Positions 21,884-32,329 of a stretch of 64,000 nt of DNA are shown here, in pieces. Position numbers and translations under genes: made by a program. The DNA is from an uncultured delta proteobacterium. Lineage in GTDB: Bacteria > Myxococcota_A > Polyangia > Polyangiales > Polyangiaceae. Below the pieces are notes generated by a model that had not been told where the DNA came from, did no database searches, and worked only from the letters and a program-made list of their open reading frames with translations. Position 1 is the first letter of the stretch. Each line of letters starts with the position of its first letter. Location of the stretch: assembly GCA_963806225.1 (NCBI GenBank), contig CAWDXG010000004.1, positions 4,544,001-4,608,000 on the forward strand, written 5' to 3'.

Positions 21884-22564
21884 CTAGATCATCTCGCCGG
21901 ACAGATACGGATTTTCGCGGCGCACCTCGTCCATCGGCGCGTGCTCGCCGCCGTAGGCGTGGCCCGGATACAGGACCGTGTCGCCGGGGATGGTCGACAG
22001 GCGCTGAGTCAATGTGATGCGCATCTGTTCGGGATCGCCGCCGGGCAGATCGACGCGGCCGCAACCCTGGAGGAACAGCGTGTCGCCCGCGAGCAGGGCG
22101 CTCTTCAGCCGGAAGCAGCTGGAGCCCGGCGTGTGCCCCGGCGTGTGCAGAAGCTCGATCTCGATGTCGCCCACGCGGATCGTGTCACCCGAGTCGTGGC
22201 CTTCAAGGTCCGAATCGGACAGCCCCGTGACCTTGATGATCCCCGGCACCTCGAGCTTGTGCGCGTGCACTTTGCACGGGGAAACTTCCATGAGTGTGGG
22301 CAGGCCCTCGACGCTGAAGCCGAACATGCTGCCGCCGACGTGATCGGGGTGGTAGTGCGTGGCAAGAGCGCCGACGAGCTTCATGTCGTCTTGCTTTGCC
22401 ACGTCGATGATGCCGCGTACGTCCCACGCCGGATCGATGACGACGCACTCGCCGCTGTCGCGATCGCCGACCAGATACGTGAAGTTCTGCATCTGCGCCG
22501 CAATCTGGTTCTCGCGGCCCAGGTCGCGACCCATCAGGAGCTGCTTGAGATAGAGCTCGGCCAT
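21884..22564 (-). CDS. MBL-fold metallo-hydrolase (glyoxalase II-like)
   Basis: THYHPDH, HTPGHTPGS, GDTLF..GCGR, YPGH. Confidence 0.93.
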   Translation of the reverse strand: MAELYLKQLLMGRDLGRENQIAAQMQNFTYLVGDRDSGECVVIDPAWDVRGIIDVAKQDDMKLVGALATHYHPDHVGGSMFGFSVEGLPTLMEVSPCKVHAHKLEVPGIIKVTGLSDSDLEGHDSGDTIRVGDIEIELLHTPGHTPGSSCFRLKSALLAGDTLFLQGCGRVDLPGGDPEQMRITLTQRLSTIPGDTVLYPGHAYGGEHAPMDEVRRENPYLSGEMI

Positions 22565-22644
22565 CGCCGGGAATTCAAGCACAGGCGCCCGGCTTCGTCG
22601 AAGCGCTCGCTGGCTCGCGCCGCCGGGGGCCGGGTGGCACGGCG

Positions 22645-23826
22645 CTATTTGCGGTTGATCCAGGCGAGCCCGGTGATGAGCTCGCCGGTAGTGCTGCAGT
22701 CGCGGATGCGCGTGGGAGAGCTCGCGTCGGAGCCGTCGGTATGGACGACTTCCACGTGTGAGCAATTGGCAGTGGCGTCGTCGCGCAGGTAGGCGAGCTC
22801 CGTGCCGTCGGGCGAGAACACCAGATTCGTGCCTGGATTGTCGGCTACCTTGACGACGCTCTTTCCGTCGAGCGAGGAGACGTAGAGCTTGAACTTGTCA
22901 GTCCAGTCCGCGTAGGCGTAGTGCGTTCCGTCGGGCGACAGCGTATTGCCCGAGGCGGTGTTGCGCACGACCTGGGGAGCACCGTTCGGCAGCGCCATCT
23001 TCATGATAGTGCGCGTCTGCTTGTTCGGCGGCGTGATGACGATACGCGTGAAGTAGAGCTCCGACTCGTCCGCCGTCGGCTGCGGATACAGATCCATCTG
23101 GTACTGCTTGTCGGGCGTGATGAAGCCGAAGCTCTTTGAAGCAATGTCGATGCTGCCGAGCCGGTAGCCCTTGTTCGTGGGCGGCGAGCCGCTGGTGAAG
23201 TCGTAGCGGCGGCAGACGTAGACGCGGTCGTCCGCGGCGTTGAAGCTGTGGCACTCGTCGTTGATGTTGCCGTAATCGAGCACCGAGACGCTCTGGGTCG
23301 TGGCGTCGTAGAGGAAGCTGTTCTGGATCGCGTCACCCAGCGTGATGCCGTAGTGCTGCGCCTGTTCCGGATCGCCGCAGGCGAACGCGACCTGGTTGCC
23401 GCTGTGCGAAACGCCCATGCTCCAGACGCGGTACGCATCGAAGATCTCCGTGGCGCCGCTGCCGTCCGGCTTCATCGACATCACCCGGTTCGGCTGCTTG
23501 TTCCAGTCGTTGAACAGGATCTGCTCGCCCGCGGGCAACGGGTTCTTCGCCGCGAACTGGATGGACGAGGCGGTCGGGACCGGCACGTAGCCGTCGGTCA
23601 GGGGAGCGTCGGTGGGCGCGTCGGTTCCCGCGTCCATGCCGCCGCTGCCCGCGGCGGAGGCGTCGCTTCCGCCGACCCCGCCGTTGCCCCCCGAGTCGAG
23701 AGTTCCCGCGTCGCTGCCCGCCTGTCCGCCGCCGTTGCTGCTCCCGCTGCTCCCGCTGCAACCGCTGCCCAGGGCCAGCGCCGCGATCAACGGCCAGGCC
23801 GCAAGCCCGCGCATTGTCCAAGCCAT
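22645..23826 (-). CDS. TolB-like beta-propeller lipoprotein
   Basis: Lipobox GSGC; DAG linker; repeated SPDG motifs (LSPDGT, FSPDGT). Confidence 0.75.
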   Translation of the reverse strand: MAWTMRGLAAWPLIAALALGSGCSGSSGSSNGGGQAGSDAGTLDSGGNGGVGGSDASAAGSGGMDAGTDAPTDAPLTDGYVPVPTASSIQFAAKNPLPAGEQILFNDWNKQPNRVMSMKPDGSGATEIFDAYRVWSMGVSHSGNQVAFACGDPEQAQHYGITLGDAIQNSFLYDATTQSVSVLDYGNINDECHSFNAADDRVYVCRRYDFTSGSPPTNKGYRLGSIDIASKSFGFITPDKQYQMDLYPQPTADESELYFTRIVITPPNKQTRTIMKMALPNGAPQVVRNTASGNTLSPDGTHYAYADWTDKFKLYVSSLDGKSVVKVADNPGTNLVFSPDGTELAYLRDDATANCSHVEVVHTDGSDASSPTRIRDCSTTGELITGLAWINRK

Positions 23827-23887
23827 GCTGCGAGCGAACCACGCGGCGTCCCCGCCGGCAAGCGCGGCGCGGGGACGGGATGCGCGC

Positions 23888-24278
23888 TCAGCCGGAATCG
23901 GCGGTGTCGCTCTCCGGGAACTCCGTCTCGATCATCTCGTCGAACCAGCTCGGGGGGTGGTAGCCGACGACACGCCCCAGCTCCTGCCCGCGGTCGAAGA
24001 TCAAGATGGTGGGCGTCGCAGTGACGCCGAGCTTTCGCAGTACCGGCAGCGGCCCCGAGGTGGTCACCTCGGCTACCTTGATCCGGCCTTCGTAGCGGGT
24101 CGCGACCTTCGTCAGGACCGGAGCGAGCTGGCGGCACGGCGCGCAGCTCTCGCTCCAGAACGTCGAGGATGACGGGCAGCTCGCTCTTTTCGACCTCGCG
24201 CTTGAAGTCATCGGCGCTGCCGATGTGGGTGGGGAGGACTTCGCGTTTCGGAGCGAAGAGGGACGACAGGAGACCCAT
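23888..24278 (-). CDS. Thioredoxin, with an apparent +1 frameshift near 24160
   Basis: MGLLSSLF..FKREVEKSELPVILD joins W-SESCAPC..ATPTILIF in another frame. Confidence 0.85.
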
Positions 24279-24411
24279 GCGCGTACCTTCCTTCAGGGCT
24301 GGATCGAAAGCATCTTCCTGGTTCGAGCCTGGCAGCACGAAAAGGGTTCCGCACGACGCGGGGCGAACGGGCCATGGCCCCCGTCGCCGGTCGACGATTC
24401 GGCTCCAGCGC

Positions 24412-25920
24412 TCACGGCGCGGGCGAGCCAGCCGTCAGCTTGGGATCGCCGATCCAGCGCTTGGCGATCTCCAGCGCGACGGTGGACGCGCCGAGATTGC
24501 CGCCGTTCGTCCCAGCGCCGATGCAGGGGCTGCCGGCTGCGAGCGAGTAGTCGGCGTGGGCCGGGTCGGCAAAATCTGGATTCGTGATGCCGAGGTTCCA
24601 GGTGTTCGAGGAGTCGTCCAACGCGCCGCCGCTGTTGTTGTTCTTGGTGTTGTTGTAGGCGATGTTGTTGCGCGCTACTTCCACGCGGCTGCTGTACACG
24701 TCCATATAGAAGCCCACCCCGCCGCAGTCGACGGCGGTGTTGTGCTCGTAGGTGTTGGCAGGGGCGCCGTCGTTGTAGTCGAAGCCCTGTTGGGTCGACC
24801 CCACGGCAAGGTTTCCGGTTGCGGTCGTCCCCCCGCCGTGCGGGTCGTTGGTCTTGTTGCCGCCGCACTTGAATGCGTTGCCGTCCGAGGCGGCGTTGCC
24901 GTTCCAGTACAGCCCCGCTTGATACGACACGTTGTCGAGCATCAACGTGCCCTGGCCATAGAATGTGTCGTATCCGTCATCGCCCTGGTTTGCAGCAAAG
25001 TTGCGGACCAGCTTGTTGCCGTTCGAGGTGTTGCCCGCACTGGCCCCGATGCCGACTGCGTCGCCGACGTTCGTTCCATGGTTCGAGCCGTCGCCCATGT
25101 GGAAGAACGCGCAGTCCTGTACGAGATTGTTGCTGGCATTGTAGATGTAGACACCGGTTGACGGCCCGCCCGAGCCGTAGTGGCTGATCCGAACGTCCTC
25201 GATGACGTTTCCGCTTGCGTTGGCGCCGATGTAGATGTTGCCGGGGTCGCCGTTGCCATTGACGATCCAGAACGTCTTGATGTGCCAGGTGGCACCACCA
25301 GAAAAGATGTCGAACACGCGGCCGCCGGCTCCCGGAGCGAGGTCTTTGCAGTCCACCATCGGCCGCTCCGTGCCGTAGCCGTAGATGTTCACTCGCCCGG
25401 ATCCTGGAACGTCCAGGTTCCACCTCGAGGAAGGCCGGAGGACCCCGGTGCGCACCAGGATGGTCTTGTCGGTGCCGGTCGCGGGAGGATTCGCAGCCAC
25501 TGCCGACAGGGCCTTGCCGAGCGTCCGGAACGCGTCGTTGACCGTCGTGCCGCTGTTGGTGTCGTTGCCGTTGTTGGGGTCGACGTAGTAGTCGCCGGTA
25601 GTGACGGCTCCCGTCTGCGGATATTTCGTCAGGCTGTCGCTGGCGCTTCCGACGCCGGCGAGTGTCACGCTGCTGCCGCCTGCTCCTCCGCTACCGGCCA
25701 TGCCAGCGCTGCCGCCGCTGCCGGCCGTGCCGCCGGTGCCGGCCGTGCCGCCGCTACCGGCCATGCCGCCGCTACCGGCCATGCCGCCGTTGCCCGCGGC
25801 GCCGCCGTTGCCTCCTGTGCCAGCGTCCGTTTGACTGGATCGCAGTTTGCCTGGTGTCGTACAGGCGACCATCGAGGCTAGCGTGCCGGCGAGGAGCGCA
25901 GTGCGCAGCAGTGGGAGCAT
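24412..25920 (-). CDS. Right-handed parallel beta-helix lipoprotein (PL9 pectate lyase-like)
   Basis: Lipobox MVAC; YYVDPNNGNDTNSGT..AFRTL, NQGDDGYD, DGNAFKCGG, YSLAAGSPCIGAG. Confidence 0.8.
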   Translation of the reverse strand: MLPLLRTALLAGTLASMVACTTPGKLRSSQTDAGTGGNGGAAGNGGMAGSGGMAGSGGTAGTGGTAGSGGSAGMAGSGGAGGSSVTLAGVGSASDSLTKYPQTGAVTTGDYYVDPNNGNDTNSGTTVNDAFRTLGKALSAVAANPPATGTDKTILVRTGVLRPSSRWNLDVPGSGRVNIYGYGTERPMVDCKDLAPGAGGRVFDIFSGGATWHIKTFWIVNGNGDPGNIYIGANASGNVIEDVRISHYGSGGPSTGVYIYNASNNLVQDCAFFHMGDGSNHGTNVGDAVGIGASAGNTSNGNKLVRNFAANQGDDGYDTFYGQGTLMLDNVSYQAGLYWNGNAASDGNAFKCGGNKTNDPHGGGTTATGNLAVGSTQQGFDYNDGAPANTYEHNTAVDCGGVGFYMDVYSSRVEVARNNIAYNNTKNNNSGGALDDSSNTWNLGITNPDFADPAHADYSLAAGSPCIGAGTNGGNLGASTVALEIAKRWIGDPKLTAGSPAP

Positions 25921-26044
25921 CCCAATGGCATAGGCCTGTCGGAGACCAGCCGCAACACACGACATCGCGGGCTTGCCCACGGGCCTCTTGGCCGCGGCGG
26001 CAGCGCCGCCGACGTAGCGTCAGGTTCGACGAGGGGAGCGTCGT

Positions 26045-26401
26045 CTATACGATCAGATGCACCGCCCATTGCCCGGCTGTCCCGAGCAGGCTCATCACGG
26101 CGGCACCGATGAAGGCCATGCCCAGGCTCCGGATCTTGAGGCTGTCGAGCAGTGCGTCGGTCAGCTTCAGCAGCAGCGCCATGACGAGCCAGCGCGTGAG
26201 GAACGCCAGCAGGAAGCCGATCCCGAGCGTGCTGAGCCCGATGACCACGAACAGGAGCCAGCCGAGCAGCCAGTTCAACAGACCGAACACGGCCGCCACG
26301 ACTATGGCGCCTCCAAAACCGCGGACCTCGAACCCCGGCAGCAGCACGGCGGTCAGCCACACCGCAATGCTCATCACCAGCCACGAAAGCAGAATCTCCA
26401 T
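26045..26401 (-). CDS. 4-TM 'phage holin family' (YvlD-like) membrane protein
   Basis: AVLLPGFEVRGFGGAIVVAAVFGLLN..TLG pattern. Confidence 0.85.
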   Translation of the reverse strand: MEILLSWLVMSIAVWLTAVLLPGFEVRGFGGAIVVAAVFGLLNWLLGWLLFVVIGLSTLGIGFLLAFLTRWLVMALLLKLTDALLDSLKIRSLGMAFIGAAVMSLLGTAGQWAVHLIV

Positions 26402-26450
26402 GTCGCGACCAACCTAACCACATCGCCTGGCGCTGCCAGCGCGTCGCGCC

Positions 26451-27173
26451 TCAGTGAAGATCGCGCAGCATCTTCTCGGCCTGCGCTGCCCACCTTGCGT
26501 CGCGACGCTTCACGAACGCGGGCTGGTGCTCGTAGTCGCCGAGCGCGGTCTGGAGTTGCTCGCGCGCTTCGTCCTTTCTACCCGAGAGGCCGAGGTAGTG
26601 GGCCAGCGCGATGCGGTGGTTGATGCGGCCGTCCACGCCGACCAGACCGCGCAGGAGGTCGGTCGCGTCCTCGTGCTCGCCGCTCTGCCAGAGCGCCTCG
26701 CCGTAGTCCAGCGCCGCCGCGTAGTCGCGGTAGGAGTTGTCGACCTCCATCAGCTCGTGCAGCTCCTCGGCGGCCTCGGCATGGCGATGCATGCCCATCA
26801 GCGACAGCGAGTGGCCGTAGAGGGCTTCCTTGTTGTCGTGGTCGTGCGACCGCACATCCTGATAGACCGCCGCGGCTTCCGGATATTCGCCACGGCCGTG
26901 CAGCGCGTCGGCCAGCGCCAGCTTGTTGAGCACGCTCGGCGTCTCCTCGGCCCTGTAGCGAAGGTCGGAGAGCGACGGCTCGCGGTGCGTGAGCCGGCTG
27001 ATCGCGCCGCCGCCGCCGCCGGGTCGGCGGTCCTGCAACTTGACGACGAAGAAGTAGATGAGCGGCCCGAACGGTACGAAGATGATGATCAGGTACCAGT
27101 AGAACTCCGCGCGGCGCCGGAAGGCGTCGACGATCATCCAGATGTAGAAAACCGCGAAGAGGTAGTACAGCAC
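26451..27173 (-). CDS. Membrane-anchored TPR protein
   Basis: Two N-terminal TM helices (W..II.F.P.G.LIYFF) followed by TPR-like helices. Confidence 0.8.
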   Translation of the reverse strand: MLYYLFAVFYIWMIVDAFRRRAEFYWYLIIIFVPFGPLIYFFVVKLQDRRPGGGGGAISRLTHREPSLSDLRYRAEETPSVLNKLALADALHGRGEYPEAAAVYQDVRSHDHDNKEALYGHSLSLMGMHRHAEAAEELHELMEVDNSYRDYAAALDYGEALWQSGEHEDATDLLRGLVGVDGRINHRIALAHYLGLSGRKDEAREQLQTALGDYEHQPAFVKRRDARWAAQAEKMLRDLH

Positions 27174-27234
27174 GGGCGCATGCGTCCCCGACGCGCGGGG
27201 TCCGCTCTGTTCTTTTCGTCGAAGAGAGCGCGCG

Positions 27235-27795
27235 TCAAGGTGCGTGTCGCGGCGCTTCGTCCAGAGCCGCCAGGTAGCCCCTGAGCTCGGCCAGCAGGCT
27301 TTGCCGCTCGCTCTCGCCGAACCGCTCCCATTGGGCGAAGCGACGACAGAAACGCGTGCTGTCGACGCCCCGGAGCTCGAGCTCCCGGAGCCCGTCGGCG
27401 GCCTCCTCCAGGCGCCTCTCGCGGGGCTCGTCGGCGGCTCCGCGATAGGCGGGCCCCCGCGCGATGTGCTCGATGGCGTCGATGGCTTCGAAGCGCTCGG
27501 CGAGCCAGGGCGTGGTCCGGCGGAGGCCCTGCTCCACGTCGAGCTGTTCGGCTTCCTCGGCCGGAAGCACCTCGGAGTAGCGCTGCGGATCGAAGTCGAA
27601 GTACTGCCCGCACTCCACGCAGCGACGCGTGGAGCCCTGGTAGCGGCCCTTGCCCAGGGGGATGAAGTACAGATGCAGCGTGCGGCGATGGTCCAGCACC
27701 GACAGCGGGCTCAGCTTGCGGCACACGGGGCAGTAGTCGACGACCACGCCACGCAGCGCTTCTTTTTCGGTCGTGCCGACGAAGAAGAAGAACAT
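27235..27795 (-). CDS. Zinc-ribbon domain protein
   Basis: CPVC..HLYFIPL..CVEC. Confidence 0.7.
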   Translation of the reverse strand: MFFFFVGTTEKEALRGVVVDYCPVCRKLSPLSVLDHRRTLHLYFIPLGKGRYQGSTRRCVECGQYFDFDPQRYSEVLPAEEAEQLDVEQGLRRTTPWLAERFEAIDAIEHIARGPAYRGAADEPRERRLEEAADGLRELELRGVDSTRFCRRFAQWERFGESERQSLLAELRGYLAALDEAPRHAP

Positions 27796-27827
27796 CGACG
27801 GAAGTCTAGCGCGGGGCGCGGGCGTTG

Positions 27828-28859
27828 TCAGGGCATCAGCACGAGCTTGCCGACGGTGGTGCCGGACTCGAGCGCGCGATGCGCGTCGGCCACGCGTTCG
27901 AGCGGGAATTTCGTGACCGGTGGCGCGCGCAGGCGACCCGCAGCGAGCCAGTCGAGCAGGGTGTTCATGCCCTCGGTCAGCAGATCCGTGCGGTCGAACA
28001 GATACGAGAGATTGAACGCCAGCACGCTCTTGTTGTCGCCGGTGAGCTTGAGCGGGTTGAAGCGCGGCATGCGCACGTAGTCGCGCGCCAGCTTGACCCA
28101 GTTGGGGCGGCCGCTGTTCCTGGGCAGCATGGAGTGGAAGCCGTAGATGACAAGCCGACCGGTCGGGCGCAGGTGCGCGTAGCTGCCGCGCAGCGTCTCC
28201 ACGCCGTTCGCGTCGAGCACGATGTCGTAGCCGTCCTGCGCCAGGCGCTCCGCCGCCGGCCACAGCGGCTCGCTGCTCTTGTCGATGACATCGTGGGCGC
28301 CGTAGCCGCGCGCAGTGTCGGCCTTGTGCGGCGCGCCGACCACGCCGACCACGTGTGCGCCGGCAGTGCGCGCGATCTGCACCAGTGCACCGCCGACGCC
28401 ACCCGCCGCCGAGTGCACCAGCACGTTCATGCCGCGCCGTGGTCGCGCCAGTTCCGAGAGCGCGTACCAGGCGGTGAGGAAGATCGTCGGGAACGCTGCG
28501 CCCTGTCCGGGGCTGAGCCCCGGGGGCAACCCGAACACCTGCATTCGCGGCACGCACAGCTCGGTCGCGTAGCCTCCGAAGCGCGTGACCGCGATCACCG
28601 CGTCGCCGACACGCAGGTCACTGACGCCTTGGCCGAGCGCGCTGACCTTGCCGGCCACCTCGAAGCCCGGAGTGATGGGCCAACCGACGTACTTCTTCGC
28701 CGATTCGTACAGCCCCATGCGCACGATGCAGTCGGCGTAGTTCACGCCGATGCCCTCGGCCGCCACGCGCACCTCCCCGGGCCCTGGTACGGGCACCGGA
28801 TGCGTCTCCAGCGACAGCGCGTCGTAGCTGCCCGGCTTGTGGATGACGACCTTGCGCAC
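27828..28859 (-). CDS. Medium-chain (VAT-1/quinone oxidoreductase-like) dehydrogenase
   Basis: GVNYAD..RMGLY, PGFEVAG, VHSAAGGVG, TVGKLVL. Confidence 0.92.
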   Translation of the reverse strand: MRKVVIHKPGSYDALSLETHPVPVPGPGEVRVAAEGIGVNYADCIVRMGLYESAKKYVGWPITPGFEVAGKVSALGQGVSDLRVGDAVIAVTRFGGYATELCVPRMQVFGLPPGLSPGQGAAFPTIFLTAWYALSELARPRRGMNVLVHSAAGGVGGALVQIARTAGAHVVGVVGAPHKADTARGYGAHDVIDKSSEPLWPAAERLAQDGYDIVLDANGVETLRGSYAHLRPTGRLVIYGFHSMLPRNSGRPNWVKLARDYVRMPRFNPLKLTGDNKSVLAFNLSYLFDRTDLLTEGMNTLLDWLAAGRLRAPPVTKFPLERVADAHRALESGTTVGKLVLMP

Positions 28860-29087
28860 GCCCGGGCCAAGGTAGACGACCGGCCATCCGCGGAACAGCG
28901 GACACGCGAGCGGCCCGGGTCACGGGGAACTGCGCGCACGCTCAGCCTCATTCCGGGCGGAGTGGAATCGATGACCAAGGTCGATTGGCCGGCCCGTGAA
29001 GAACGACAAGGGCCTGGCCGATCCCGGCGGCGGATGGGTGCCTCCATGGGCTACACTGGACTTGTTGCGCGCGAGTAAGGAGCACTC

Positions 29088-30302
29088 ATGACGCCTGGCA
29101 AAGGCGGCTCCGAACAACACATCCCCCAAGCAGTCCTGGAAGCTCTGGATAGCGTCGTCGCTCCCAGCGTTCGCGACGCGTTGCTGCATTCCGCGCTGGA
29201 GGAGTATTCGGAAGCCGAGCTGCCCCGCGACCCTGCGCGCCTACGTGATTTCACTCACGGTCCCCTGCGCCGCGCGCTGGTCCAGGGCCTCGGCGAGGAG
29301 CTGGCCGAGACGCTGACCGAGGAGATCGGCAGGATGCTCGATCTGGCGGCGCCGAGCAGCGAGTCGCCGCGCCGGGCGTCGCGCAGCAGCGGCCAGCTCA
29401 GGGCCGTGGCGACGCCGCCGCGCCGATCGCAGCCGCCGCCCCGCTCGCGGACGCCATCCCCGGTTCCGCCGCGGCGCAGCCAGAGTCCCCGCCCCGCAAC
29501 CCTGCGCTCGTTGGCTGCGCGCGGCCTCACGCCGCCGCCGTACTCCGGCCAGGTTTCGAGGCCGGCACCTCGGTTCGACGCGGACGACGCGCCCGAGCTC
29601 GAGGTTTCCGAAGTCCTGGGCGACATCGACTTCGAGGATCTGCCCGGGCTCACGGAGAGCGCACCGCCCGTCGACGATCCGCTGGCCGACAGCGAGCGCG
29701 CCCGATCACTGGCCGATCTGTTTCCGCCCAGTACGAAGCAGCCTGCCTCTTCCGGCGCGCCGGGCTCCCGCAAGCTCACGCTCGGCTCCAGCTCGCACGG
29801 GAGCAGTCCGGGCTCACGCCATCCCGACGACGTCAAGACGCCACCCTGGTCGTCTGCCGAGTACCCCAGCGCGATGGCGCGGTCGATCGGCATGTCTGGC
29901 GCGTTGCCCTCATCGCGCCCCGGCCAGCAGCGCTCGCTGCCGCACGTGCTGGTCGCGACGCGGGATCCCGCGATGTTGCGACGCATCACCGTGTGGCTCG
30001 ATCCACGCGCAGCGGTGATGCGCGTACGCAGCGTGATCGACCTGTTGCACCGGATCGAGGATGCGGCCCACGCGCGCAGCGTGATCGTGCTCGACTGCCG
30101 CCAGCCCTCGATGCGCCCCGCCGCACTGGCTGCGCTCGCCGACGAGCTACCGGTCTCGACACACGTCGTGCTGGTTGCGGCGACGCCCGATCTGATGAGC
30201 AAGCTGGCCGACATTGCGCCGTCGACCTCCAGCTGGCTTGCGCTCAGCGGTACCGCACGCCCCAAGGAAATCGCCGCGCGCTGCGTCGAGCTCGTCTCCT
30301 GA
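29088..30302 (+). CDS. Hypothetical protein with a Pro/Ser-rich middle and a degenerate receiver-like C-terminus
   Basis: AAGGAG Shine-Dalgarno; C-terminal HVLVATRD..VIVLDC..P..VVLV pattern. Confidence 0.6.
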   Translation: MTPGKGGSEQHIPQAVLEALDSVVAPSVRDALLHSALEEYSEAELPRDPARLRDFTHGPLRRALVQGLGEELAETLTEEIGRMLDLAAPSSESPRRASRSSGQLRAVATPPRRSQPPPRSRTPSPVPPRRSQSPRPATLRSLAARGLTPPPYSGQVSRPAPRFDADDAPELEVSEVLGDIDFEDLPGLTESAPPVDDPLADSERARSLADLFPPSTKQPASSGAPGSRKLTLGSSSHGSSPGSRHPDDVKTPPWSSAEYPSAMARSIGMSGALPSSRPGQQRSLPHVLVATRDPAMLRRITVWLDPRAAVMRVRSVIDLLHRIEDAAHARSVIVLDCRQPSMRPAALAALADELPVSTHVVLVAATPDLMSKLADIAPSTSSWLALSGTARPKEIAARCVELVS

Positions 30303-30340
30303 GCTCCCGGGTCGCCGTCAGGCGCTTTCCGTCGGCGGTT

Positions 30341-31648
30341 TCAGCGCGGGCGCCCCTGGGCGACCCAGCTTGCCACGATCTGGATGTCCGCGGACGACAG
30401 CGCCGGCAGTCCGAGCGGCATGCCGCGCAGGTCCGGATCCACGTGGCCGGCCTCCTCGCGCTGCCGGGCCAGGAGCGCGGCGACGAGTCGCGGAGTGCCG
30501 TCTTTCATCGGAGCGAAGATGCTGTGGCGCTCGCCGCGGACGTCGAGCAGCCCACCCGACACGCCGCGGTAGCTGGATAGGTCCAGCCCGCGCGGGAAGA
30601 AGCCGAAGCCGCCGGTGTTGCCCGGTCCCCCGTCGCCCAGTGCCACGTCGGGGTTGCCGTGGCAGTGGTGACAGGTGCGACTGAACACACGCTTGTCGAC
30701 TTCCTCGAAGGTCACGCGACGCGTCAGGAGGGGCAGCCGCTTCGGCACCGCTTTCTGTGCCGGCGGCGCGAGCTTCGCCCCGAGCAGGTAGGCGGCGATG
30801 TCACGCGCCTCCGTTCTGCTGAAACCGAACGTCGGCATCAAGGTGTCCGGCTTCACCTGCTTTGGATTCTCGAGCCACGCGACCAGTGCCGCGGGTGCGT
30901 AGCGGTCGCGCACCCAGCGGAGATCCGGCGCCAGTGCGACCGCCCGCGAAGCGAGGCCCGCGCCCGGCGCCGGCGTGACGCTCGGTGCCGGCGCGCCGCT
31001 GAAGCGGTGGCAGGTGCCGCACGCTTTCTGAACCATGAGCGCACGTCCGTGCTGCGCATCGGCGCCGTCGAGCGACGCCGCCGGCGCTCGTTTGCTGCCG
31101 CGGGTGAGATACGTCGCGATGTCGCGGGCCTGGGCAGGCTTGATGGCGAGCCGCGGCATCGTGGGCGCGAGTCCCGGTCTCAGGTCGTGCGGCGACAGCA
31201 GAAAGCGCGCGATCCACTCGCGCTTCAGGCGCTTGCCCGCTGACTCGAGCGACGGCACGACCTGCATGATCGCAACGTGCTTCTTCCATTTCCGGACGGC
31301 CGAGGCCGGCGCGTCCTTGTACGTGCCGGCCAGGATCTTCTGGTGGCAGTGCACGCAGTTCATCTCGAGCCGCGCGACGCCGAGCCCGGTGCCGTCGTGA
31401 CAGCGGTTGCATTCGAACTTCTGGACCAGCTTCCTGCCGCTGGCTGCATCGCCCGCCTTGTGGAGGGTGGCGAGCACGGCAGCCGGCAGCGTGTCGGCGG
31501 AGCTCTTCGCCGCTGCTACCGCAGGCTTCGCGGACGTCGCAGGCGTGGCCTTTCCGGACGGGTCTGCGCGGCCGGTACAGGCGATCGCGACCAGCGCGAT
31601 CGCCACCGTCCAACACAGAAGACCCAGCTTGTGCCACGCCCGCGCCAT
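30341..31648 (-). CDS. Tetraheme c-type cytochrome lipoprotein
   Basis: Lipobox AIAC; four CxxCH motifs (CNRCH, CVHCH, CGTCH, CHHCH); MP motifs as candidate distal Met ligands. Confidence 0.88.
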   Translation of the reverse strand: MARAWHKLGLLCWTVAIALVAIACTGRADPSGKATPATSAKPAVAAAKSSADTLPAAVLATLHKAGDAASGRKLVQKFECNRCHDGTGLGVARLEMNCVHCHQKILAGTYKDAPASAVRKWKKHVAIMQVVPSLESAGKRLKREWIARFLLSPHDLRPGLAPTMPRLAIKPAQARDIATYLTRGSKRAPAASLDGADAQHGRALMVQKACGTCHRFSGAPAPSVTPAPGAGLASRAVALAPDLRWVRDRYAPAALVAWLENPKQVKPDTLMPTFGFSRTEARDIAAYLLGAKLAPPAQKAVPKRLPLLTRRVTFEEVDKRVFSRTCHHCHGNPDVALGDGGPGNTGGFGFFPRGLDLSSYRGVSGGLLDVRGERHSIFAPMKDGTPRLVAALLARQREEAGHVDPDLRGMPLGLPALSSADIQIVASWVAQGRPR

Positions 31649-31651
31649 GGC

Positions 31652-32329
31652 TCAGCCCTTCGCGTCGATGCGGCAGGCCTCGGGATGCCCGGCCATGGCC
31701 TTGCAGCGCTTCATCGCGAGGCGGCCGCCGCTCTTGTCGCCCGACTCGGCGCGCAACGACGCCAGTGCCGCGTAGCCTTCCGGCGTTGCGACCAGATCCT
31801 TCTTGGCCAGCTTTTCCAGGATGCGGCGGGCCTGGGCCTTGTCGGCGTCCACGTGCGCCATCGCCTCGGCCAGATCGGTCTGTGCGGCGGGGCTGTCCTT
31901 CTTCGTCTTGTCGATCGTGCCGAGCACCTTCACCGCCCAGGCCAGGTTCGCCTTGCGCTCCCTGGCGGTCTTGCCGAGCCAGGAGCCCTGGATGTACTCC
32001 GGAATCCCGCGCCCGACGGGCAGCGCGCCGTCGGAACGGGCGACGGCCAGAGCGAGCATGCGCTGCGCGCGCGCGACCAGCTTGCTCTTCTTCGCGTTCA
32101 TGTGGCGCACCTCGGGCATCATGCGGATTACGCTGGCCGCTGACGCGTTGATCTTCCCCTGGCTGAACGCCTTCTCGGCGCGGGCCACGCCGCCCACGCG
32201 GTAGTCCACCTGGTTTTCTTCCAGGTACGGCACCCATGCTCCACCGCAGGCGTGCGCATTGCGCGCTACGCCGCCGATCGCCAGAGCGCCCAGCAACACC
32301 AACATCGACCGACCAAGCTTCGTCTTCAT
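31652..32329 (-). CDS. Exported helical (TPR-like) hypothetical protein
   Basis: GGAGG Shine-Dalgarno; signal peptide ending AHA-C; basic helical sequence; stop 3 nt before the cytochrome start. Confidence 0.7.
   Translation of the reverse strand: MKTKLGRSMLVLLGALAIGGVARNAHACGGAWVPYLEENQVDYRVGGVARAEKAFSQGKINASAASVIRMMPEVRHMNAKKSKLVARAQRMLALAVARSDGALPVGRGIPEYIQGSWLGKTARERKANLAWAVKVLGTIDKTKKDSPAAQTDLAEAMAHVDADKAQARRILEKLAKKDLVATPEGYAALASLRAESGDKSGGRLAMKRCKAMAGHPEACRIDAKG

Noticed and set aside
26045..26401. Holin as evidence of a prophage
   Set aside because: This 4-TM family is common on chromosomes, and no endolysin, integrase or structural genes are nearby.
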